Origin: Nitrospirales bacterium
GTDB taxonomy: Bacteria; Nitrospirota; Nitrospiria; Nitrospirales; UBA8639
Reading direction: 5' to 3'
NCBI GenBank assembly: GCA_965203295.1
Contig: CBDBCZ010000017.1
Span: 2,400,001 to 2,464,000 of the forward strand
DNA: 64,000 bases
Under the pieces are notes generated by a model. The model was not told where the DNA came from. It saw only the letters and a list, made by a program, of their open reading frames with translations, and did no database searches. Numbering within the stretch: the stretch's first letter is position 1; every line of letters begins with the position of its first letter. Made by a program: the position numbers and the translations under genes. Positions 55,310 through 64,000 of this stretch are shown here, piece by piece.

Positions 55310-58300
55310 TTACTTACGAGCACTTCTTAGCCTCTTGCTCGCTTGGCCCACGCTGTCGACGCAACTTTTCCACACGGATTCAAACTCATGTTTAGATCTC
55401 CAATACTGTGGAAACTGACGGAAAAGAACTGTCTTGAGTGTGTTGACCTCGGATATCGGAAGTCCAGGAAACGTCCGCTCACCGATCACTGTGCAGCGCT
55501 TCTGAACGTTCTCGCCGAAAATTGCTTCCTTAGCCAACTTGACAGCAAGAGTTCCAACCTTAGATTCGCATCGAAGTTTGGGGTACCTGGACAGCACACT
55601 GGAGATGGAAGATAATTTTGACTTCACTATTTTAGATGAGTCGAGCACGTTCGTGTTCACGTTTTGGAATGGTAATGGTGATGGCTTGCAGTCACCAGAA
55701 GACTCGGTAGATGGGTGTTCCATTTGTGCAGCAGTGGCGTGGTGTGTGGATGGTGGAAGCGGAGTCGAGGAGGGCTGTCCAAAGGCGCTGGTTGCTGGCT
55801 GAGAGGATGAAAAGCGGTGGTGGCGTGAAGGGGTGGCAGATGAAATTGGGTCCCAACTGTATGGACTATAGTTGTCTTCTGCGTGCGGACAACTCTCCCA
55901 ATCTTCTTCATCCAATCGTGGCAGTTGGCGGTAAGGTTCTTCACTATGCTGACACTGCCACTGGGGTGTGCACTGGACAAGCCTTTCAAGAGCAGACAGT
56001 CGGTTCAGAATCTGATACTGCGCTGAGAGGAAAGACTTCTGACTGGATTGCATCATCTGGTAGTTACGGACTATGAGCGACTGGCGTTCTGCGACATCCT
56101 TCAATTTTTGAGCAAGTTCAGCTACCTCCACTTCAAGTGTCAGTGGATCGCAGTCAAGAGACATGTCCTTCGCGGGTGAAGGAGTTGCAGAGGGAGGGAA
56201 TCTTCTATCAAATGAAGCAGGACTACGAATTGACCCAGAGCTAGAGTCGTCCCGGATGGATATGGCAGGAGTGTTGTCCTGGATGGACGTGGTAGGCAGG
56301 ACCGGGGTAGGCTCGTCATCAATGTGTATGGTGGACAGGGCAGTGAAAGCTGGTGGTGGTGTAACGTCAGACTCGGATGCGGCTGGTGGTGTAGCGTCAG
56401 ACTTGCTGGATGCGGCTGGTGGTGTAGCGTCAGACTCGGATGCGGCTGGTGGTGTAGCATCAGACTTGCTGGATGCGGCTGGTGGTGTAGCGTCAGACTC
56501 GGATTCGGCTGGTGGTGTAGCGTCAGACTCGGATGCGGCTGGTGGTGTAGCGTCAGACTCGGATGCGGCTGGTGGTGTAGCGTCAGACTCGGATGCGGCT
56601 TGTGGTGTAGCGTCAGACTCGGATGCGGCTGGTGGTGTAGCGTCAGACTCGGATGCGGCTGGTGGTGTAGCGTCAGACTCGGATGCGGCTGGTGGTGTAA
56701 CGTCAGACTTGCTGGATGCGGCTGGTGGTGTAGCGTCAGACTCAGATGCGGCTGGTGGTGTAGCGTCAGACTCGGATGCGGCTGGTGGTGTAGCGTCAGA
56801 CTCGGATGCGGCTGGTGGTGTAGCGTCAGACTCGGATGCGGCTGGTGGTGTAGCGTCAGACTCGGATGCGGCTGGTGGTGTAGCGTCAGACTCGGATGCG
56901 GCTGGTGGTGTAACGTCAGACTTGCTGGATGCGGCTGGTGATGTAGCGTCAGACTCAGATGCGGCTGGTGGTGTAGCGTCAGACTCGGATGCGGCTGGTG
57001 GTGTAGCGTCAGACTCGGATGCGGCTGGTGGTGTAGCGTCAGACTCGGATGCGGCTGGTGGTGTAGCGTCAGACTCGGATGCGGCTGGTGGTGTAGCGTC
57101 AGACTCGGATGCGGCTGGTGGTGTAGCGTCAGACTCGGATGTGGCTGGTGGTGTAGCGTCAGACTTGCTGGATGCGGCTGGTGGTGTAGTGTCAGACTCG
57201 GATGCGGCTGGTGGTGTAGCGTCACACTTGCTGGATGCGGCTGGTGGTGTAGCGTCAGACTCGGATGTGGCTGGTGGTGTAGCGTCGGACTCGGATGCGG
57301 CTGGTGGTATAGCGTCAGACTCGGATGCGGTTGGTGGTGTAGCGTCAGACTTGCTGGATGCGGCTGGTGGTGTAGCGTCAGACTCGGATGTGGCTGGTGG
57401 TGTAGCGTCAGACTCGGATGCGGCTGGTGGTGTAGCGTCAGACTTGCTGGATGCGGCTGGTGGTGTAGCATCAGACACAGATGCGGCTGGTGGTGTAGCG
57501 TCAGACTCGGATGCGGCTGGTGGTGTAGCGTCAGACTTGCTGGATGCGGCTGGTGGTGTAGCGTCAGACTCGGATGCGGCTGGTGGTGTAGTGTCAGACT
57601 CGGATGCGGCTGGTGGTGTAGCGTCAGACTCGGATTCGGCTGGTGGTGTAGCGTCAGACTCGGATGTGGCTGGTGGTGTAGCGTCAGACTCGGATGCGGC
57701 TGGTGGTGTAGCGTCAGACTCGGATGTGGCTGGTGGTGTAGCGTCAGACTCGGATGCGGCTGGTGGTGTAGCGTCAGACTCGGATGCGGCTGGTGGTGTA
57801 GCGTCAGACTCGGATGCGGCTGGTGGTGTAGCGTCAGACTTGCTGGATGCGGCTGGTGGTGTAGCGTCAGACTTGCTGGATGCGGCTGGTGGTGTAGTGT
57901 CAGACTCGGATGCGGCTGGTGGTGTAGCGTCACACTTGCTGGATGCGGCTGGTGGTGTAGCGTCAGACTCGGATGTGGCTGGTGGTGTAGCGTCGGACTC
58001 GGATGCGGCTGGTGGTATAGCGTCAGACTCGGATGCGGTTGGTGGTGTAGAGTCAGACTTGCTGGATGCGGCTGGTGGTGTAGCGTCAGACTCGGATGTG
58101 GCTGGTGGTGTAGCGTCAGACTTGGATGCGGCTGGTGGTGTAGCGTCAGACTTGCTGGATGCGGCTGGTGGTGTAGCGTCAGACACAGATGCGGCTGGTG
58201 GTGTAGCGTCAGACTCGGATGCGGCTGGTGGTGTAGCGTCAGACTTGCTGGATGCGGCTGGTGGTGTAGCGTCAGACTCGGATGCGGCTGGTGGTGTAGC

Positions 58301-61300
58301 GTCAGACTTGCTGGATGCGGCTGGTGGTGTAGCGTCAGACTCGGATGTGGCTGGTGGTGTAGCCTCAGACTCGGATGCGGCTGGTGGTGTAGCGTCAGAC
58401 TCGGATTCGGCTGGTGGTGTAGCGTCCGACTCGGATGTGGCTGGTGATGTAGCGTCAGACTCGGATGCGGCTGGTGGTGTAGCGTCAGACTCGGATGCGG
58501 CTGGTGGTGTAGCGTCAGACTCGGATGCGGCTGGTGGTGTAGCGTCAGACTCGGATGTGGCTGGTGGTGTAGCGTCGGACTCGGATGCGGCTGGTGGTAT
58601 AGCGTCAGACTCGGATGCGGTTGGTGGTGTAGCGTCAGACTTGCTGGATGCGGCTGGTGGTGTAGCGTCAGACTCGGATGTGGCTGGTGGTGTAGCGTCA
58701 GACTTGGATGCGGCTGGTGGTGTAGCGTCAGACTTGCTGGATGCGGCTGGTGGTGTAGCGTCAGACACAGATGCGGCTGGTGGTGTAGCGTCAGACTCGG
58801 ATGCGGCTGGTGGTGTAGCGTCAGACTTGCTGGATGCGGCTGGTGGTGTAGCGTCAGACTCGGATGTGGCTGGTGGTGTAGCCTCAGACTCGGATGCGGC
58901 TGGTGGTGTAGCGTCAGACTCGGATTCGGCTGGTGGTGTAGCGTCAGACTCGGATGTGGCTGGTGATGTAGCGTCAGACTCGGATGCGGCTGGTGGTGTA
59001 GCGTCAGACTCGGATGCGGCTGGTGGTGTAGCGTCAGACTCGGATGCGGCTGGTGGTGTAGCGTCAGACTCGGATGCGGCTGGTGGTGTAGCGTCAGACT
59101 CGGATGCGGCTGGTGGTGTAGCGTCAGACTCGGATGCGGCTGGTGGTGTAGCGTCAGACTCGGATGCGGCTGGTGGCGTAGCGTCAGACTCGGATGTGGC
59201 TGGTGGTGTAGCGTCAGACTCGGATGTGGCTGGTGGTGTAGCGTCAGACTTGGATGCGGCTGGTGGTGTAGCGTCAGACTCGGATGCGGCTGGTGGTGTA
59301 GCGTCAGACTCGGATGCGGCTGGTGGTGTAGCGTCAGACTTGCTGGATGCGGCTGGTGGTGTAGCGTCAGACTTGCTGGATGCGGCTGGTGGTGTAGCGT
59401 CAGACTCGGATGCGGCTGGTGGTGTAGCGTCAGACTCGGATGCGGCTGGTGGTGTAGCGTCAGACTCGGATTCGGCTGGTGGTGTAGCGTCAGACTCGGA
59501 TGTGGCTGGTGGTGTAGCGTCAGACTCGGATGCGGCTGGTGGTGTAGCGTCAGACTCGGATGCGGCTGGTGGTGTAGCGTCAGACTCGGATGCAGCTGGT
59601 GGTGTAGCGTCAGACTCGGATGCGGCTGGTGGTGTAGCGTCAGACTCGGATGCGGCTGGTGGTGTAGCGTCAGACTCGGATGCGGCTGGTGGTGTAGCGT
59701 CAGACTCGGATGCGGCTGGTGGTGTAGCGTCAGACTCGGATGCGGCTGGTGGTGTAGCGTCAGACTCGGATGCGGCTGGTGGTGTAGCGTCAGACTCGGA
59801 TGCGGCTGGTGGTGTAGCGTCAGACTCGGATGCGGCTGGTGGCGTAGCGTCAGACTCGGATGTGGCTGGTGGCGTAGCGTCAGACTCGGATGTGGCTGGT
59901 GGTGTAGCGTCAGACTCGGATGCGGCTGGTGGTGTAGCGTCAGACTCGGATGCGGCTGGTGGTGTAGCGTCAGACTCGGATGCGGCTGGTGGTGTAGCGT
60001 CAGACTTGCTGGATGCGGCTGGTGGTGTAGCGTCAGACTTGCTGGATGCGGCTGGTGGTGTAGCGTCAGACTCGGATGCGGCTGGTGGTGTAGCGTCAGA
60101 CTCGGATGCGGCTGGTGGTGTAGCGTCAGACTCGGATTCGGCTGGTGGTGTAGCGTCAGACTCGGATGTGGCTGGTGGTGTAGCGTCAGACTCGGATGCG
60201 GCTGGTGGTGTAGCGTCAGACTCGGATGCGGCTGGTGGTGTAGCGTCAGACTCGGATGCGGCTGGTGGTGTAGCGTCAGACTCGGATGCGGCTGGTGGTG
60301 TAGCGTCAGACTCGGATGCGGCTGGTGGTGTAGCGTCAGACTTGCTGGATGCGGCTGGTGGTGTAGCGTCAGACTCGGATGTGGCTGGTGGCGTAGCGTC
60401 AGACTCGGATGTGGCTGGTGGTGTAGCGTCAGACTCGGATGTGGCTGGTGGTGTAGCGTCAGACTTGGATGTGGCTGGTGGTGTAGCGTCAGACTCGGAT
60501 GTGGCTGGTGGCGTAGCGTCAGACTCGGATGTGGCTGGTGGTGTAGCATCAGACTCAGATGCGGCTGGTGGTGTAGCGTCAGACTCGGGATGTGGCTGGG
60601 GTAGTATTAAGCCCATCAACACATATAATCGTTCCACTGGGCTTCTCGGCTACAGAAATTAATGTAGATACAAGATAGTAAACAATGCTGATACATGTAG
60701 GTCCTTTGCAAATGCAGTGAGACATATGGTTAAAGGTCATCTAGACAGGAAGTGTTGCAGTAGTGTACTTTTATTAGCCACTTATTAATAATCAATAAGC
60801 ATGGAAGCTTTGAAGTTCTTGGTTAGACACCATCCCTGTGTACATAACACCTTTAACACTGGCTTAAAAATCCATTTGCAGTACAGTAGTGTTGGCATAA
60901 TACATGTACTTGCCTTTGGAACTTTTCTTCTTCTTCTCTGCAGTCTTTGAAACTGTCTGTTTTCCTCTACTTCGCTTCCCAGGCTTTGAGCCTGGTTCAT
61001 TCTCCTTCCCCCTAGGTCTTTTTCCAGCTTTTGTTTTTGGGCCTGAGATGAGGAGAGTAGCATAAAGTACACATGCACATTTGTTTTCATACAAACTGGT
61101 GTGTACCTGCTGTGGTGTTCACAGGGTCCGCCTTGTTTGTTGAGTCCTCAAGAGTAGCTGTCTCACCAAAAGGCAACCAGTCCTCCTTCAAACTTTCTTT
61201 CGTAGTCTTTCATCTCACTCTCAGTACCTGTAATATGTAATGATAGATATAAACATATGAAGTAGTCAAGAGTAAGTAACAGTGCCATTAGCCAAGAGTC

Positions 61301-61602
61301 AGCAACATATAAGTTAGCTACACGTACATCCGCATTGTATGCATGCTACTAACCTAGTTGTAGGCTCAATTTCCCAGCTTTTATGGCATAGTAGAAGCTA
61401 GTCAGGCGCTAGCTCGTGAAAGAACTAGGCTGCCTGCCTCTCATGCTAAGATCAGGCCATGCAAGCGAGCAAGCTCAGCCTATATTAAATACAGGCCGCT
61501 CGCATGTGCAAGCTAGGGCCAGACATCTTAGTTAAAAGCTACACAGTATTAAAACTTACTGCGCTTCTCTTGAAGCTGTTTCAGCTGTTGTCTCAGTGAC
61601 AT
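55310..61602 (-). pseudogene. BEN-domain protein with coiled coil and giant S/T/P/A/D/E repeat; two apparent frameshifts
   Basis: Candidate exons 61602-61560 (MSLRQQLKQLQEKR), 61227-~61108, 61042-60914 (K/R-rich, GC donor) and 60649-55310, all phase 1. The C-terminus LAVKLAKEAIFGENVQKRCTVIG..LP..FESVWKSCVDSVGQASKRLR fits BEN domains and follows the coiled coil VAELAQKLKDVAERQ..ILNRLSALE. Extra base at ~60588, shift at ~61190, AATAAA at 55168-55163. Confidence 0.7.
56355..60595 (-). repeat. Coding minisatellite, roughly 140 units of 30 bp (ESDATPPAAS) with 33-bp variants (SKSDATPPAAS)
   Basis: Plus-strand unit ggctggtggtgtagcgtcagactcggatgc; unit count estimated from span. Confidence 0.99.
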
Positions 61603-61679
61603 TGCGCAATTGTAGCTTCTCGAGAGAATGGCACACAGTCTGCTTTTCCAATCGTTTGACAACTTTTGACACGTCAACG

Positions 61680-61831
61680 TGTAAACGCTCCGTACCGTTT
61701 TAATTTTATCGTTCTACGTTCCGGTCCGTTTCGGTTTCTTAGTGTTGCGCGCAACACGGAACGCAAACGCTCACACCGTAGAACGACCGTACTACGAAGA
61801 CGGAACGTAAACTTTTTATTGACCGCTACTG
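61680..61831 (-). mobile_element. Tc1/IS630-type transposon terminus pointing toward the BEN gene
   Basis: TA at 61832-33, then minus strand cagtagcggtcaataaaaagtttacgttccgtcttcgtagtacgg; 47/57 identical to the terminus at 63717. Confidence 0.75.
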
Positions 61832-62595
61832 TAGGTGGTTCAGTCCCATCGCTGATTCTGACTTTGACATTTAGTATTTCTGCTACCACTCTATGCCTGC
61901 ATACATCATCATGATTGTAACTGTGCACTTGCAATGGATATTTTTCAGACTTCATCAAAATGGTGTGCTACAATTACTTTCCCAGAAATGATTGTGTCTG
62001 TTTATGTCTGATCATGTCAGACCAAACCTCAGTCTGGTCTGACAATTTGTCAGGCACATACAGAAAATTATAATTGTCTCTGGGTTGATGTTTGGATTGA
62101 GCAGCGTATGCATAATTTGAATTGCGGCATATTTTGGAGGTAGTGTTTCAAATATTGGGACACCAAAGTCATTCCTACAGTGTGACAAGAAGTACAGAAA
62201 GTATTATTATTATTATAATGCCTCAGCACCAACAGTACATAGTATCCCTTTGAGTGTGATAAGCTATCAATACGTATGCCTATGCCTAGCAAATGCTTCT
62301 GCATATCGTGGCAGGTGTACACCGCAAGGGGTCACACTTGCCAATAAAGCAATACATGCTTGTGGTAGCTAAATGTCAGGCACTGTCTTTATTATACTAT
62401 TGTGCAAGAATTTAACACAAGAAATTGTGATTCTAGGAATTTATTATGAGTCTAATCTAGCACAAGTCCATGACTAATTATTTTAAGCTGAATCCACAAG
62501 AGGTTTACAACTCCAGGAAATATACTTTGCAAGTAATAGTTAAAGGTCAGATTGGGTGAATAGCATTATAGACTATTAGCTAAAACAACTGTTAA

Positions 62596-63234
62596 CCCTT
62601 TATACCCCGTATTGCGCATGCGCATTACGTCAGTCAATTACCAGAATAATTTAATTACGGCACGAGGACGGTAGTATGTTCGGTTTATGGCTTTGTAACG
62701 AAAGACGGGGGATGACTTGGACTAAACTCTCTACAGAACTGAAGAGTAGAGCTCCCAAGCTTTCATTTGATGTCGGATTCAAGCATGATTGACGGAAGGA
62801 AAGTGCCAAGCGGCAGCGGATTTTCGATACCGAACGATAATTAAATATCATCGCCACTTACTTTCTGGGAATGACGCCCTGAAGGACAAGCGAGACGTCC
62901 ATAGACTTGCAGCGGTATTGTAGGAGACAGCTAGCCATATTTTCGAACTGATACTGCCGTACAATAGCCTAGAATTCTGCTCTATATTTTATCGGTTCGT
63001 GAACAGATGTTATTCATTGCGGATTTTCTCGTGATCTGCCTGGGTAAGTCCCTAAAAATACTGCTAAAATGAAAGAATCTGTCCGCTGGAGCGTCACTAA
63101 CCACAGTGGGGATCTCCCTGGAGCGTCACTTCCCGGTAGAGTCTCGATCATATTCAATGACGTGTACACGCGTCTACGGTAATGTACACGTTCAATATTT
63201 ATGACGTGTGTAGACGTCTACGGGGTTTAAAGGG
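62596..63234. mobile_element. Non-autonomous piggyBac-type element (639 bp)
   Basis: TTAA at 62592-95 and 63235-38; TIR cccttta(t/a)accccgta, 15/16 matching. Confidence 0.9.
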
Positions 63235-63294
63235 TTAATCAGCTAAGTCCACAAATTTAATAGGGTCTGAGCCTTCACTAATTGGCTCTTCTGA

Positions 63295-63469
63295 GTCTTC
63301 TGGGTTGTGCTGCTGCTGTTGCCTATCAAAATGCTTGTGAAACCTTGGTCTATCTCTTGGGACAAACAAAACAAAAAACTGGCATTTCTCAAAGCCTCCA
63401 CCAAAAGATTCCCTAAATCACTCTTCTGGGTTGTGCTGCTGCTGTTGCCTATCAAACTGCTTGTGACAC
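63295..63469. repeat. ~47-bp direct repeat, two copies
   Basis: cttctgggttgtgctgctgctgttgcctatcaaa(a/c)tgcttgtga at ~63297 and ~63423. Confidence 0.85.
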
Positions 63470-63716
63470 TGTGATGCAACTAATTTCTGTCCCTACCTTC
63501 TATCGGGAGCACATGAATCAATCATAGGCTCCTACTTGTACACAAGACCGAAACTATTAGTTGAAGTAGCTACATTGATTGATATGTACCTGCACTCAAT
63601 TAGTGCGTGGGCACATAAACACATCACAGCACACGTCAATTAATACCAGGCCTTTCCCCTTGCTTTTTCTCCACGGCCGCAAGGCAAAAGTTGGGGTGGT
63701 AAGGACTGAAAACCTA

Positions 63717-64000
63717 CAGTAGTGGACAAAAAAAAGTTGCCGTTCCGTTTTCGTAGTACGATCGTACAATGGTTAATCAATTGAGCGTTCGGAATACGTA
63801 TGAAAATCGTACTATGTTCCGTGCGTTCCGTTTCGAAATCGTTCCGTTTTGCGTCATTTCAAACACGTGTGAAAGTGCAGCTGCTATGGTTTACAGTACG
63901 TATAAGAAGCAGAGGATTCTTTACCTTCACTTCCGAGGCTTTAAAGCCTCCAACCATAGTGAAATTGTTGCTAGAAGAGAAGATGAAAGCAAGCAGATGG
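63717..64000 (+). mobile_element. Tc1/IS630-type transposon left end and transposase N-terminus (runs off the window)
   Basis: TA-CAGTAGTGG terminus; ATG at 63886 gives MVYSTYKKQRILYLHFRGFK/PPTIVKLLLEEKMKASRW, an HTH-like N-terminus with a 1-nt insertion near 63945. Confidence 0.65.

Noticed and set aside
56355..60595. CRISPR-like array
   Set aside because: Units are contiguous with no unique spacers, there are no cas genes, and the context is eukaryotic.
56140..60662. Long alternative ORFs (LHHQPHPSLT)n on - and (DAAGGVASDS)n on +
   Set aside because: By-products of a stop-free 30-bp repeat; only the ESDATPPAAS frame continues into a recognisable domain.
61834..63714. Segment between the two CAGTAG termini as a single transposon
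   Set aside because: The termini point outward, so they belong to two separate elements.

Overview
Eukaryotic, intron-rich, AT-rich animal DNA. A sponge origin is a guess from the short introns, abundant TACATGTA motifs and repeat types, and is not proven. No clearly intact gene was found: the window is a mosaic of broken host-gene pieces and transposons. In order: (1) a frameshifted, exon-deleted internal ATR fragment (0.3-6.5 kb); (2) a TA-flanked MITE; (3) a SAMD3-like transposon-accessory pseudogene caught in a ~1 kb inverted duplication, with what looks like strand-coordinated TpC hypermutation; (4) a Gypsy LTR element (LTR, tRNA-Leu PBS, gag, -1 frameshift signal, protease) truncated before RT; (5) four tandem, differently deleted copies of an FHAD1-like coiled-coil gene segment (13.9-47.6 kb), carrying a RecQ remnant and several MITEs; (6) unidentified pseudo-exons near 50.5 kb; (7) a decayed MULE transposase; (8) a BEN-domain gene with a ~4.2 kb in-frame 30/33-bp coding minisatellite, just inside a Tc1/IS630-type terminus; (9) a piggyBac MITE; (10) the start of a Tc1/IS630-type transposase with a related terminus. 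Best candidates for new biology: a possible two-gene (transposase + BEN) Tc1-type element, and a deaminase/kataegis-like footprint. All homology calls come from recalled family motifs; no searches were run.
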